A stretch of DNA of 58,722 nucleotides, filler included, from Sphacelaria rigidula (GCA_964200075.2; 9 parts of 9 records of this genome joined end to end with filler, not necessarily neighbours in it), one strand, 5' to 3'; numbered from the whole stretch's first letter, positions 26,146 through 41,069 are shown. Notes: generated from the sequence alone by a model not told the origin. Numbers and translations are program-made.

Positions 26146-29100
26146 TGATGTGCCCATATGTCCGGAAAGAGGTAGACTGGCGCCCAGAATAAATGGGACG
26201 ACAACACACACACACACACTTCCGTTTTTACCTTGCACAAGCGACTGCGTCTTTTCGGCAGTTTTTTCTCATTTACGGTACACCCCTCCACAGTGTCGCA
26301 GGTGCATTGCACGGGAAAACATGACATGCGATTATTTTCCGATCCATAGCAGAGCCGCTTTGGGTCTGGCGTCACGCAGGGGTCCTGGTATGACTGCGCA
26401 GGCTTAAAAAAACCTACATGCATGTTTGCCGAGGTTCGCCTGAGGGCCCCTATCAACACAACAACCGCACGCACAACCAACCAACCAACCGGTGACAGAA
26501 GGCTGCAGTATGACACATGCCAATTTAAATAGGTTCGCATGTGTAGAGCTCGCACAAGAGGATAGAGAGCACCCTGTCACATGGCGTTCATACAGCGCGG
26601 TCCACAGGGCACCGCCTTCCCAGATGTGTGAAAAGTCCCTCATGAGAAAGGGCTGCGCCGCTGCTGCCGCCGCCGAGACGTTTTTCGACAACAATACTAG
26701 TGCAAAATCTTTCCCGGACGATGCCCTCAAAATGTGTTTTCATTGGCTACCTGATACCACCCCCCCACCCCCACCCTCCCACGGTTCGTCGACCCACCAA
26801 ACTGCGGCGGGTTCAACTTCGTTGGGTCTGTTAGCCTCGCGTTGAGGAAAGCATACGAGTGATTTGGTGTGGCCAAGATCGAACTATGATATGTAGTTAC
26901 GGTGCGCGGCGTCTTCTGGCAGCGCTTGAGGGGGGTGCGGGGGTTGGCGTGGGCCCTTGCTCAGCAATACAACGAGAGCAGAGGATCAATACGGTCGTAC
27001 AGTACTGTACAGTACTGTACAGTAGAGGAGAGACACTACATACAGCGCAGCCAGCACACAACATCGCTATAGCTATGGATCACTGCAGTATGCTACAACC
27101 CGACAATATATCATTGCACCCTCGTCTACAACGTGCGGAGAAGCATGTGCCGATTTGCAATCTGCCGCTTCTAAGAGTATGATAAAATGCGATTTTGTTC
27201 ACGGAAGATACACTCGTCCAAATAACAACCATCATGGTCTTTGGATCTTTCTTGTCTCCGCACCGTTCAACCCGGTGGATCGTTGGCGATAAACGTTCCG
27301 CTTAGTTGCTGTGCATAGACTCTCCAAGACGAAAGGCGCAGCCCTTGAACCCAATCAGCACGCATGCTAGTAGTTTCTATGCTCTGCGTCGTAAGATCTA
27401 CATGCCATGCGTTCAAGACATCGCATGCGCAGCGGATCCCCATACTTCGTCTCTCGTACGGTGATCCGAAAATCCACGAACCCCCTCCCTTTGGGAGCCA
27501 TCACTTCAGGAAGAAGAGTTGTCGAAAGTCGTCCGGATACCCTCCTCGGCAGTGATGAAGGGTAGCGAATTCCATGTGAGATACTGGGCTTTCGCCATGG
27601 CCATCATGGTCATAACAGGAGTGTTTTCAGCATGTGAATACGACTTTCAAAGTTTGTATTTTCAAAGAAGGAGGAGGAAACCTCACCCGATACTTACGCC
27701 GCAAGCGGGTTCGTATGTCGATTACCCAGAGGCTCGGCTAGACCGCCTCGCGGCAGTCATGTAGGGTAGGCGCCTCGAGCGTTCGGAAGGTTTGCTCAAG
27801 GTCAGTGTGGGGGTCGATCCAACTAAAACACTCTGCCAGTCACGGTAGGCATTTGACAGAGGCAGTGCGCCTCGGAACCAAGACCATCGATCTGAAATTC
27901 GAGCTCTCAACCTCTTAGAACATACATTTCCCCCCTCTTCCCTGCCCAACAAGCAAGCGCGGGTTCTCGCGAACAATCAAGCGAGGTTGAAGAATGCGTT
28001 TTGATTGTACCTGTACGCATGATGAGCCGTCGCGCTCTGTTGGTCGAAATGTTCCACGAGCACCCGTTGAACTCAGACTAGTGGCTGCGAAGCTCCGGAT
28101 TTGACCGCCAAGGTATTCAAGTTATCCTTCAAGTAATAACCATGCTGCCAATTCAAGCATGATCCGCACTTGCGGTTAACCCTTTGACCGCCTGCATAGA
28201 CAGGTAATCTGTTGAACCGGCGTCGATCTATCGATTTCACTTGCAAAGTTGATCCTGACCCAGGTGGCTTACTCGCGCGGTCAAGGGGTCGGAGGGTTAT
28301 AAAAGCACAAGAATCTCAAACAAGCAGACTCAGTTCTGCTAGAACTTCTTCTGTTCTTCCTTCTTTGTCCTAAATGTGATCCGTGCGGGCATCGTGGGTA
28401 TGGGTCTGTCTGGATTTGATGAGCGCATGAAAAGAACCCAATTGCATTCACTGGACTCATCCCCGCGGGTTGCACCGCATGCATGAGCTTGAGGGCCCGC
28501 CCCATGGTTGCGATTGTTCCGCCGTAACTGCAGGCAACCCTGCGACTTGGTACCCCCACACTGGCCTCTCTGTTGACGACCTGTCTTTACACGCACGCGA
28601 TTGCTATTGCCGTCTGCGCGCTGTCGCCGTGTTTCGCGGTGGCCGAAGTTGGACTGTCGGCTCGTCGGCGGCGGGGGTTGACCTTCTGCGCATACCATGC
28701 GTGTTAAGCGTGGACTGTGTGCACAGCGTGAGCCATCGAAGAGTTATGATATGTCTGCGCACAGGGGCTATGTGCACAGAGTAGTATACGGAATATATGA
28801 GACGAGGAAAGATTTGGGGTGGGCATGTTGACGGGCGATCGTACTGTAGAGCGAGACTTGGAAGATAGACAGTGCCGTACTGCCGTCTACCTACCGCGCA
28901 GCCATAATTTTTCGCGATGGAACACGGCGTATGATCTCGGTGTGATGGGTGGGGAGCCAGCCTTTTGTCTGATAGACACCGTGCTGTAACAATATCGTGT
29001 GGTATGCAGCGGATGTTGTCAATATGCGAAATGTGACCCACAACGTCGTCAGTCGGTCAAAAGGCCTGCTGAGACATTTCCATCTAAAATGGAAGCGAGG

Positions 29101-32100
29101 AGAGGGTTGATAATTTTTACGAGTGGCCAAGCTTAGTGAAGATGATTCTCAAGGTCCCGCGCAAAAACATACGCGTTTCTGTGAGCCCGACTAGCCCAGC
29201 ATGTTGATTGCCGTGTACGTACGACGGTTCGTACGTCGAGTCGACCCCCCTCGCACGCGTGATATCACACGAACGGCGCAGCCGACAGCAGCAGACAATA
29301 CAGGACCAGTGTATTCTTTGATAGCATCATACTGACTGGCGGTACACGCACAGAGTACACTACAATACAGTACAATGGAGCTGTGCCGACTGGAGAATCA
29401 CTCTTGCGCGCATGGTGTGGCAATTGAGGTCGATTCTCTCGAGAACTGCGTTGCTAGTGATCACAAACTCCGCGACGTCGGAAAACTCTAGCCGGCGGCT
29501 GTCCATATAAACCCTTCACCAACCGCATTTGCTAGAGAAAAATGTTCCGTCTGTTGTATTTTGGTCGGTACCTGCTTTCCGGAGGAAATATCACGAGTAT
29601 CTGAAATAGCCCAGCGACAGCTTTTGTCCAGAAGACCTCGGCCCCATAACTCCACGCAGATGCGTGTACAGTACGTAGAGGTGCCGCCAGGGGGACTCCC
29701 GTGTCCTGGTCGTTAGCCTTCCTCGAGTGAATTGCTTATGTTCAGTCTGCTAGCACCAATTCTGACTGCACAACAAGTGCGTTGTTGTTTACGCTGCGGT
29801 TGTCATTCGTACAGAGTTAATGCAAATGGAACGTTTGGTGGCAGTGCAGCGGAGTCCTGTGCCCTCGAAAACATCAACTAAGTTGTGAGAGAAACGCACC
29901 CCCGTAAAGTACGGGAAAACAGGTAAAATTGAAATTGCGGGCTCGTAACATAGAAGTGATTGCGCTGCAAGCTACTCACAGCAGCCAACAATATGCTGAC
30001 TTACACTCAACGTCGACTGCGTGCTGATACGGCGCTGTCGAGCACACAGGGAGGTTATCATTATGCACGTTGTACAGCACAGCTGTAGACCGGAACGGTA
30101 CTACGTATAAAACGTATATTGAAATATATATGCATGCGGCAGGACTTATTCTTTTTTACATCTCACCAAAAGGGTATGACGATATAGCTGCTTTTTTGTC
30201 GTACCCTTTGCATCTCACCCGGGGTCGGGGGGGGGGGGCGACAGGGAACGGTGCGCGTAAAACGCAACGCTTGGGCAAACAGCTCGTAGTAACACCAATG
30301 TGGCGATAAGCGAGCTGGGGTAGTTGGCTTAAATATCCCCTTGTGCATACCTGTTTTTCTTTCTGTTGTCGATCCAGACTCCGACAGTATACGGTAGGCC
30401 AGCTTGAGACGTTCGGGTGCACGGGCGTTGGTGAAAGTCTGGAGGGATTGCGTCCGTTGGTGTCAAGTCATGGAGTGTGCTCGGTCGCTTCTGCCAACCA
30501 TCAGTTCCTGTACTGTACTCGTATTGATCGTGGTGGAACAGAATCCCGCATTATGGCTTTTTCTCCTCTCGTGTGGTTTCCCGCAAATGTGCAACCAGCG
30601 ACCTGGCTCTTCAGATAAAAATTTCATGCAAGTAACTGCAGCACAGCAAACAGGCTGATTTCCTCTCGATACCAGGACTGCATCGTGTTTCACACCAGCC
30701 ACGAAGATTTGAGGTACGTAAACACGGATACTGTACGAAATGCCCGTGTGCGCGTGGGTATAAGAATTGCCTGCCTTGACGTGTTGGCCACAGACCATTT
30801 CAACTGAAGAACGTGGTTTCAACCGACGTGGAAACATAAATTCCTCCAATGGAATGTTTTCACCGGTTCTATTTCGACAGTCAGTACAGTCAGTTAGTTG
30901 CCAATAGCATGCACACTCCATGGTAAACATTCCATCCAACCCAACGCCCCCGTTGAGCCCTCAATGACCCCCATCGGGGAGTCCATCTATACCTGCTCAA
31001 ATCCTCTCCGCGTATTGGCAGGCTCTCCATTGATCCTCACACCACCCTCCCCATTAGCGCTGAGGGCAACCTCGAAGGTTCTCCTTTGATTTGACATTTC
31101 CCGGCTTCAGCCTGTTCGTATGTTTACAAAAAGATGGCCACAATAAAAGGTTGTCTGAAGCCGCTACGCACAGCCGTTACCCCATGCGCCACTCTGTGCT
31201 TATAATGCATTCATCGATGCCTTGATGTGCACTGTATGGTGCACAAGGACACACTTCTGGAGCACCGTACGGTTAGCGTAGCTCTATCGTCTCGGTAGGC
31301 TACCGTGGATCTGGGTACGCTTGGGCTCGCGATGTACGGAGAAGAAGGGGAAAATGATATCAACAACACGAATCAAGAGCATGAAGAAAAACTATGATAC
31401 AAGTACTGTACTGTACAAATACCTGCCAAGGCCCTGCGCGCAGCCTTCGCCTATTTCCGTCTGCACAATCCTATTTTCTCACCACAATCGTCAAGATGCT
31501 TGACACCGCTTTGAAGAGCGTGAGTGAAATCCGTGGCACGGCGGCCTAGTAGCACTTTCCTTTCGCTGCGCTGCACTCGTTCAGTCGTTGGACTCAAAAC
31601 ACGCAACGTAATATGGCCAGACCGTCCTCAAGTCTTCCAAGTAAAGAGGCTTTACAAAAGCGGGGATTACTGTGGATGAAGAACCTGTTGTACGCGTGGC
31701 ATCTCAGCTGGTTTAATCATGTTCAGTCATGGTGTCGCTGCACACACCGTGTGAGTACCTGCGTTTACGGTGGAGTATTATCGCCTTGCTTGTGAAAGCA
31801 GAGGGTTGGGATAGAGTGGCAAAACAGAGTGGCGAAGAATCGGCAACTGGAGTGATAGCAGGTGGGTCAGACACCTGTTTTGCTCGTTTCGTATATCTGA
31901 TGGTGGCGCACCGATTGCAAGTGTCTAGTTTTGTTCCTTCTCGATCTCACGTACTTTATCACCAAAAGTAGGTACCCGCTGGGGAGACAATACCAATACA
32001 GGTGACTTGGTGGTGCATGCCACCGTGGATAACGGGGACGATATTATAGTATCACGCGCTGGGTACAAGCTGTCTTCTGCGAAATAAGATTTCCTGTCAT

Positions 32101-32581
32101 TGGTGATAGTGTATACCACCCCTAGGTCATGTCCGGTCGGGATCGGATAATTCATCCCCCGAGCGTTGAATCCAGGGGGTGCTATACCACATACCACGGG
32201 CGATATCGCGGCCACCTCATTGCACGCCATGAGGTTGATATCATCTCCCCCCCAGCGGTGCGACAACCACCTATGTTCATTGTGATTCCTCTGCTTTATC
32301 TTTCATGCCTACCGGTACTCCGGTGGAGTATTCATGGTTGCATGTAAATAGTTATATGCCTGGCAACTTGAGTTTTTTCAAAAATCTTTCGGCCGCTTAT
32401 AGACTGAAAAAGTATCTGAGAAAAGTCATTTTGGAACACTTTTCTCAGAGACTTTCTCCAGAGAAATCAGTTTTCAGAACCCCACCTTAGGCCGGATGTT
32501 GTGGCAAACAGATTTTTGGCCCACGGAATGTTCACCTTCATGACGTTTGACCCACCTTTTGACCCCCAAGCCGAGAAAACC

Positions 32582-32681
32582 NNNNNNNNNNNNNNNNNNN
32601 NNNNNNNNNNNNNNNNNNNNNNNNNTTAATTAATTAANNNNNNNNNNNNNNNNNNNNNNNNNNNNNNNNNNNNNNNNNNNN
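32582..32681. other. Artificial contig-join linker
   Basis: N44-TTAATTAATTAA-N44. Confidence 0.98.
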
Positions 32682-34150
32682 CTGTCGAGGGGCAATCTCT
32701 AAAGGCCAGCATACTGCACAGCAATACAGATAGAAGCGACAAATGAGAATCACGTGAAGATGGTGACGCTCAAGAAAGTAGCCAACAAGTCATAGTTCTG
32801 TTTTTTTTTTCCGTGCCTAATCTGTTCCGATGAAATTCGACGTCACGGTCGACGAGGGAAAGGGAGTGCTGAACCCCTCTGTCGATACAAAAAAAAGGGG
32901 AAGCACCGCAGCAAAAAGGTGGAGAACTAAAACAAATAAAATAAAAAAAAACTCGCGTGTTGGCCTCCCTCCTGTGTGACCCCGGCTCATGCGCCCATAT
33001 ATACCGAAAGGTGTAGACTGGCGTTCAGAACAGATGGGACGACAACACAGACACATACACCGCAAAATCAGACGTTGCTCAGCCAAGGCTCGATTTACCC
33101 CTACCACGTGCCTTGCAGCCATAGCATACCCAGCTTGTACACAAGCCTTCACAAGCCGGGAAAAGCCATACAGGCACGTGCTGCACAGTACAGTACCTAC
33201 TATCGTCATCATCCATCTGATCAGCGGGGTACCTACCCATCCAAAATGTGGTACCCCCCCCCCCACCCGTCGCCCAGAGTGAGGTTTCCGGGAAGTTGGG
33301 GCGGTGAATAGCGCATTCCAGTCTGTACGGCCCCTTGACCTATAGCAGCACGGCCCTCTACATGCTATCCCGCGCTGTACGGGTAACACCGCATGAGTGG
33401 GCGCAGAGTACACGCGCAGAGAAGCACGGGGCGACTTGTATCTGTTTGACTCATGACACCGATCACGTGGCATTCGGAACAGACAAGACTGAACCCTGAA
33501 AAGTTGGCCACGGTCCACACCCACGTGGTGAAAAAAAAACTTGGGAGTTGAAGCCTAGAAAACAATCCAATCGTTTCTCGCTTCTGTCCCTAACTTTTGA
33601 TTATTTCCCCGAAACTCTTTTGAGAGCGTTCCATGGAACCTTTGCGTTTCCCGTTTGTCAAAGTTATGTCTTTCGCCCAACATGCATTTTCAACCAAGAT
33701 GACAAACGGCGAAATCATCCAAAAGCAGGAGAAAAACAGCCATGTTTCTTCATATTTTGACCATTTGTTGAAAATGCAAGTTTGGCCAAAAACAAATCTG
33801 CGGCGCACAGAAAACGCGAAGGCGCCCTGGAACGGTCTCAACGAGTGGAGCAAGTCATTCCAGAGTGTCAACATCCGCCTCGCCCTTTTCGGGCGAAAAA
33901 CGACAGAATAGAGGTTGAAAGGCACTTTTCACAATATTTTCTTCTTTACACATGGGAAGTGACCTCACCTGAGAACTTGACGGGTTAATCTTGCGCTCAT
34001 TTTCCGCTTTGCTGTACCTCAACACCGAACAGTAACTAGAATTTGGCGAGCGACAGGTCACGAGATTCCGCTCAGCACCACTGACGACGGACTCCGGATA
34101 CTCTCCAATGTACCGTCCACACCAGGCAACGAAGTGCCCTGTGCAGCGTA

Positions 34151-34191
34151 TTTTCTCTCGTGGTGAGGGTGGTGTTGAGTAAACACCAGGG
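34151..34191 (-). terminator. Histone H1 3' stem-loop plus purine-rich downstream element
   Basis: Minus strand reads ccct-GGTGTT-TACTC-AACACC-accctcaccac-GAGAGAAAA (stem 34187-34171, purine element 34159-34151). The stem begins 73 nt after the stop codon. Confidence 0.8.
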
Positions 34192-34260
34192 GATGTTGGA
34201 TGGTTGTCCGATGGGAGACGTCCGGGAGGGAGACGTGGGTAAGACGCTGCGGCTAAAGGC

Positions 34261-35486
34261 TTAGGCTGCGGGCTTGGCGGCGGCCTTCTTGGTTGAGGTC
34301 TTCTTGGCAGCAGGCTTTTTCTTCACCACCTTTTTCTTGGGGGTGCCACCCGTTTTCTTGGTCACGGTCTTCTTCTTGACGACCTTCTTCTTGGGGGTGC
34401 CGTCCACCTTCTTGGTTGAGGTCTTCTTGACTTTCTTCTTCACCACCTTTTTCGGGGTCTTTTTCACTGCCTTCTTGACGGGCTTCTTCACCACCTTCTT
34501 CACGACTTTCTTCTTAGGCTTTGGCGCCGGCTTCTTCGCCTCGGCCGACAGCTTGTATGAGCTCTTTACCTGCTCACACGTGAATCATTTGCAGTACAAA
34601 GGTAGACGAGCAAGTCCGCATGGGATCGGGAATGCTGCTTCGCCACGCTCCCGCACCCCGTCAACACTCGCGTCTCCTCAACACAGCGAATAAAGAACCC
34701 AGGTGTTACTCTCGTAGGCTTTTTTGATATTATTATTATTTCCGCACATTAGTCCGATCTCGCGAACCCGTGGTCACAGACGTAGGCTCGCGTTTCCAAT
34801 ACCGTCCCTGCCATTCCTCACCAGACACATTCCCAAAATAAATAAATAAATAAATAAAATAAAAAGAGCGACGCCACGAAAAACGGAGAGAAGTAGGTCC
34901 CCGAGTTCAACGGAGAGAGAAAAGAAAGTAAGGGTGGTCTCATCATTCACAGTATATCACGCACGGCGTTCATCCCTCATCAACTCCACATGCTCACCTT
35001 GATGAACTTCCCCGACTCGGTGCCCTTCTTGAGAGCGGCGCGAAGCTGGTGAGGCGCGAACTTGGTGGCGAGCTCGGGGTGGGTGGTTACCATGTACTTC
35101 TTTATGGCAGCGAGGCTGGAGCCATTGCGCTCCTTGAGAGCCTTGATGGCCTCGAACACCATCTGCGATTCATGACACACGAACAGCACACAGCCGACAT
35201 TCCTTACTCAGGACTTCCACCATCGGCAAACGGGCGGCAGGTGCAGCAATATACAGTACTGCACAGTAGCTCCACACGTGGGGGGGTGGTCAGGCCAGGC
35301 GGATGCACTCGTGCCACACTCGGGCGATGGCAGTCACGTCTGCTCTCCAAGCGACGGTCTCGCCAAGAATTTCGAAGGAAGCACAAGATACAGCCCAAAA
35401 CTCTCTCCGGAATGGTGCCGATCGGGCGCAGGTGACACCACAAACATCTCACTTATGATCAACCTCACCTCGTTGTAGCTGGGCAT
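34261..35486 (-). CDS. H1: Linker histone H1, 163 aa, three coding exons: 35486-35469, 35162-34998, 34569-34261
   Basis: Two phase-0 GT-AG introns (GAG|gtgagg...tcgcag|ATG and AAG|gtgagc...gagcag|GTA) give MPSYNE-MVFEAIKALKERNGSSLAAIKKYMVTTHPELATKFAPHQLRAALKKGTESGKFIK-VKSSYKLSAEAKKPAPKPKKKVVKK...KPAA. This is a winged-helix globular domain followed by a Lys-rich tail with TPKK motifs. Confidence 0.95.
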
Positions 35487-36108
<622 letters not shown>

Positions 36109-36180
36109 GCGCTGCACCCATCTCATTTCCTCAGGCCTTGTCCCTCTGGAGCGAAGGCATCTCCCTGACGAGCCAACGAA

Positions 36181-36221
36181 CCCTGGTGTTTACTAAACAC
36201 CACCAACCTAATGAAAGAAAA
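36181..36221 (+). terminator. Histone H4 3' stem-loop plus purine-rich downstream element
   Basis: ccct-GGTGTT-TACTA-AACACC-accaacctaat-GAAAGAAAA (stem 36185-36201, purine element 36213-36221). The stem begins 76 nt after the stop codon. Confidence 0.8.
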
Positions 36222-38514
36222 AGCACCTGGCTCGACATGGTGTAGACACGAGCTTGCAACTAATGTTGAAACAATGTTGAGATCCATCTGCCGATTCAGC
36301 TGGCGGGGAAATCCTCAAAAGCGGTGGGTGCCTGTTGCGAAGGCGAGTATCTGATACTAGAGGGTACGCTGTATATCGAGATTTGAATATTTACCATCTC
36401 CGCTCAGTCGGATATTTCGATGATTACGTCACGATTACATGGACTCCCCGGTATGGAGTACCTCGATCAATTCCGGGGGTTATGGTTGTCTTCTATTCTG
36501 ATATCCGTGGGGTTTATTCGTACTGGGCACCTGATATCAACGGCTTCCGTTGTCACAGTCACGAGCAAGCTACCTAAAATAAGGCATGAGAATTTTGAAC
36601 ACGAGCAAAAATGCAAAATGGACGTAAATTAAAAATCATGGAACGTGACCCAAACTGGGGGTATATACACGATAAAAACCAAACTCGATGCTTCACGGTT
36701 CAGCAGGTGGTCCCAGCGGACGCAAAGATTAGGAGTCGTCGAAGCAGGTCCGTCTCATCCTCACAGGTATTATTTATGTATATACCCGGATCACCTCTTT
36801 ATTAATTGTGTTTGGATCAATTCGAATGAAGTCATTTTCACGTCGTCTGAAGTGCGGTCGATTTGTTTTCTCGATGTGATGGGCCCACCACATTTCTATT
36901 CTTGGAAGGCTTCAAGTCAAATTTATCAGGGATGTGTACGGAGGACAACGCTCCCCGGTGCGGTTTTCTTATTCGAAACCTCACGGAACGGAGCAGATAT
37001 CCGTGGCACGGGTTTTTTCACGAAGCGGTTTGCCCCCCTCTCCGTGGAACAAACCGCGGCAATTCCGCACGGTGCCCCGGTACAGTAATCCTCGGAAACG
37101 ATACGGTTATCCGCAACAATTGTATGGACATCCGCGGATAAATACCAAAAAGTACGAAAGGGGTTGTCTTGCTGGGATTTCTAACTGTGGACAGGGGGCA
37201 TGACGGATTAAATACCGCACATGTAAGGTCGAATCCCTGGAGAAGAAATTGAAAAGTCACTTGAGAATATCGGATTACACGGCCTCTGAAATTGGAGACA
37301 GCTCGACACTACGTTCGACATTGGAATCTTTAGTATCAACCATCCGAGGTCCGCGCACCGCCGCCAAGCTCGAATTACGCTTTCCAGCTTGAGGCGCGCG
37401 CGCGCGTGTGTATCTCGTGCAAAGCGCGGTTTGCATGTTCACAGCAGAATTTCAAAACCGTATCAGCGAAGTGCTTATCCAGAACAAGATATTTGATACT
37501 CCAACTTACCCGGCATTCGGAACAATTTTGTCCGTGGGATCTCGTGGCTTTTCGGCGGTTTGATTAAGCTTTTGCTTTTTATGCGCGCATATAATCTCGC
37601 ATCAAACGGGGGTTGCGCATAAGCATATGCGTTTTTTTTAAACATATTATATGTTTTTGGAGATTTCAGCATACCAGACGCATCAAAGCTAAGTTTTACG
37701 CATAACTTGGCGCATATAGTACTCCAACGGGATTATGCACCCCACTCTAGCAGCTAGCACCTGCCCACTTGTGCTCCATGTGGCGTGGTTCGTGGAGTCG
37801 TGGCGTTTGTGTCCGTAATTTCTTTCTTTTTTTAACTTTGTTGGGGGTCTGATACCGGTTTTTGTTGGGGTCTGATACCGGTTTTGATTCTGTATGTGAG
37901 CTACTCTATGTTCATGTGAAACTGATGAATAAATAAATGTGTCATTTTTCACATCAAACAGCGGCTCCCGCCACAACGTCACACGTCAAATAATTCTATC
38001 CACGACTGTACAGTGTACAGCGTACAGACCACAGTACAGTGCACGGACAGTACAGCAATGAGCACTACACTACTCTGGCAGGGCAGAAAGAGGTCGAGGT
38101 GACCGAGGTGCGGACTCCGGCGCCTCAACAGCGCGACGCGAAGGAGACCGCGGAGGAGCAGAGGGCGAGAGAAAAAGCGCAGAACTTTTTGAATGATTTT
38201 TTCTCTTAATTTTCATGTTTATTATTATTATTTCCATTATGGCCTTCAAAACCAATGAACGGAGAAAAAAATGAGCGAGCGTTCCTTCCAAGCAATCGTG
38301 ATAAGTCAAAATGTTCAACGTGCAGTCTCATTTTCTTGCTGGAAGGTACGTCCCATGGGCGGTGCCGCCAAGAACCCGCCAGGAGCCACCTGAAGAATGA
38401 CGCGAAAAAGGCGCAAAAGTCGCGCATACTTCACCAAAATACGCATGAATCGGCGCAAAATGTTCACTTTTGAACATGAAAAAGATGAAAAAACGCGCAC
38501 AAGAAGCAAAAGCC

Positions 38515-38900
38515 TAGGTTTGATCTAAGTGATGCTACGGAGAACGCACGGATGAAGTACGGAGCACAGTTTCAGAACCGTATCGGCGAATTTCTTATAC
38601 AGAACGCTACTTTCTATACGTCAGATTTTAAGATATCCGGGACTCAAGACAATTTTCTCCGTGAAATTTAGTGGCTTTTCAGCGGTCTGGTCTGAGATAT
38701 GCTTCGGAGAACGCACGGATACGTACGGAGTGCAGGCTTTCAGAACCGTATCGGTAAATTGCTTATCCAGAACGATATTTTTACACTTCGTTTCTATGCT
38801 TCGAAGCCTAAGTCATCCGGCATTCGAAAAAAATTTGCCCGTGAAATCCTTAGCTTTTCAGCGGTTTGATCCTCAAGTAATGCCACGGAAAACGCACGGA
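38515..38900. repeat. Degenerate tandem repeat with units of about 170-180 bp, plus a related monomer at about 37440-37565
   Basis: Recurring cggagaacgcacggat...ttcagaaccgtatcgg...cttat(a/c)cagaac...ccgtgaaat...gcttttcagcggt. Confidence 0.75.
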
Positions 38901-39117
38901 TTACCAACGGAGTGGATAAAACCGCGCCGCAGTAAACCGCGTTTCACAGTTCAAACCACGCAGCTGTAATCTATCAGAGCGGAGCGGTTTTTTCGAAATT
39001 GTCACGGAGTATAGCGGAGTGGATATCCGTACATCGGAAAATTCACGGATTATTGCGGAGCGGATATCCGCCAACGAAAATGTCACGATGCGGAGCGGAT
39101 TTTTCGCATGTGATACG

Positions 39118-39217
39118 NNNNNNNNNNNNNNNNNNNNNNNNNNNNNNNNNNNNNNNNNNNNTTAATTAATTAANNNNNNNNNNNNNNNNNNNNNNNNNNN
39201 NNNNNNNNNNNNNNNNN
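39118..39217. other. Artificial contig-join linker
   Basis: N44-TTAATTAATTAA-N44. Confidence 0.98.
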
Positions 39218-39290
39218 CCCCCAAAGGGAGTCGCGGGCAACGGCCCACCGAACAAGGCAAAAAACAAATGAGTACGCCCCCCCCCCCCCC
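39218..39290 (+). mobile_element. Diverged LINE 3'-end copy ending in poly(C)
   Basis: aaaggga...aaggcaaaaaacaaatgagtacgccccccccccccccc. Confidence 0.65.
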
Positions 39291-39874
39291 TATCGTAGGA
39301 TGACTCATCGGGTCGTCCGGTTCGACAGGGGTTCTGCCGTTACTACCTGTCAAAACTCCTCATTCAGGCCCCGCGCTACCTCCCCCTTGTGTAGCATCGC
39401 TAGCTTCATGGGGTTTGGCCATTCGGTGCGGATAAATGGGGTTTGGGTCGCGATCGCATCTATATTATCTTGCAATACTGAGCGCAGTCCTCTTCTATCG
39501 ATGGAATTCGGTAACACTACGTTGATGGCGCGATCATCATACAGCTTGCTAAGCGGTAGAGCTGATATGAATCGCCAAAAGTGGGAGGCTTCGGTCCTGT
39601 GTAATAGATCAGGATAAGCCAAAGTGGCACGACAAGCCGCGTGTCATGTGGTCGTAAGGATATCGTGGCCAGTGCATTGCGCCCACATACTGCCGAACCA
39701 TTTGTCAGTTCTCGTTTTTGAGTCAAGTCTCGACCAATCGGTAACAGTGACTCTGCCATGCGGGACGTACTCGGTTTCACCGGATGTGCGGTACACTATT
39801 AATATTACTTCACCAGATGCTGTGGGAGCGGTGAATGTTCTGTTGGTTCCCGCGATCCATGTGGGGTATACCGT

Positions 39875-40210
39875 ATATTTGGGATATGGACATATATCTG
39901 GGAGATGAATATCCCCCAGCTCGGATGTCCGTCTGGGGAGTTCATCTGGGATGTCAGCTCCCTCCGAGATATCAGTGTATCCAGGGATGTTCGTCTCAAC
40001 TTGGGATATCCCAGAGCCCGGGTGAATGTCCGGGATGGTTATCCCAGATGAATATCCCGGACGGAGGGCTCAGACAGATATCCGTCATGGATGTCCCAGA
40101 TGGATGTCCCAGATGGATGTCCCAGATGGGTGTTCCGGATTGATGTCCCAGATGAATGTCATTCACAGACGGGCGCCCATCTGGGGTAGTGACATCCCAA
40201 ATAAAAGATG
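39875..40210. repeat. Array of a 13-bp motif (ggatgtcccagat) in both orientations; MITE-like
   Basis: Clean tandem units at about 40089-40153, inverted degenerate units at the left, and weak terminal inversion tatttgggat / atcccaaata. Confidence 0.65.
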
Positions 40211-40645
40211 TCCAATAGTGCAAGACCGCCTGTTCCCATGAATAATAAGAAACTGCATGTCCCGAAGCCTTTTTCCCGCCGCCTGCGTTCAACCCAATCC
40301 TTCCAGCGTGCACCATTTGGGATCCGATTCATGAACCAAATAACCTCCACGACAACCAAGACTTTGAAACATGAAATAGTTAAAGCAACAGCTGTGAGCA
40401 CAGCCCTGTACGCATTATTTGACGAACTGTTGCATGTGTACATGACTTTCAGGTGCTGCGTGATGGTCAAACCGGGAGACGACCAAAACATTACCGCACT
40501 CGCTCGCAACCGAACATACCGCAAATATGCATCCGTTGCTGGTGACAATCGATCGATCTTGTCGCCGAAATACTGTACTGTATGACTTTCCAATTATGAT
40601 CGTGCACGTATCTTGTCCACGTACACTTCCTCTAAGTATGTGGCG

Positions 40646-41069
40646 CAGGGTTATAAAGAGAGCGGAGGCTCCGCCTGCGCGGCCGCAGCCGGAGCGGAAG
40701 GCGACCTGCGGCCCCCCGCAGGGCCAGGGAGGGCCCCCGGAGGGCGCCGGTCGCGCAGGTCCTCCTCCCGGAGGGGCCCGCGGAGCGCAAAAACTGGGCA
40801 CACCCATAAAAAATGGTGCAAATGGGCACATTTTTGCCGTATCATGTGTGCAGTACAATAACCTCCTGCAACGGAAAAAAAAAACTCTCCCATTTTTTTT
40901 GGCCTACGGCGGAAAATTTGGCCGCAGAAATTTTTGTCGTCGTAGGCAAAAAAAGTGCGGCAATTTCTTTTTTGCCGGGGCAAGCCGCAGATTACCGCTC
41001 TGCGGACCTGCGTTGATCGCAATTTTACCTAAAATATCTGCGGGCCCGCAGGCCCTATTTATAACCCTG
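40646..41069. mobile_element. 424-bp non-autonomous hAT element (MITE)
   Basis: TIRs cagggttataaagag / ctatttataaccctg match at 14 of 15 positions. A perfect 8-bp TSD, atgtggcg, lies at 40638-40645 and 41070-41077. Confidence 0.92.

Noticed and set aside
39350..39622. Protein-like 90-aa minus-strand ORF
   Set aside because: No family can be recognised from the sequence alone and there is no clear exon structure; it would need a homology search.
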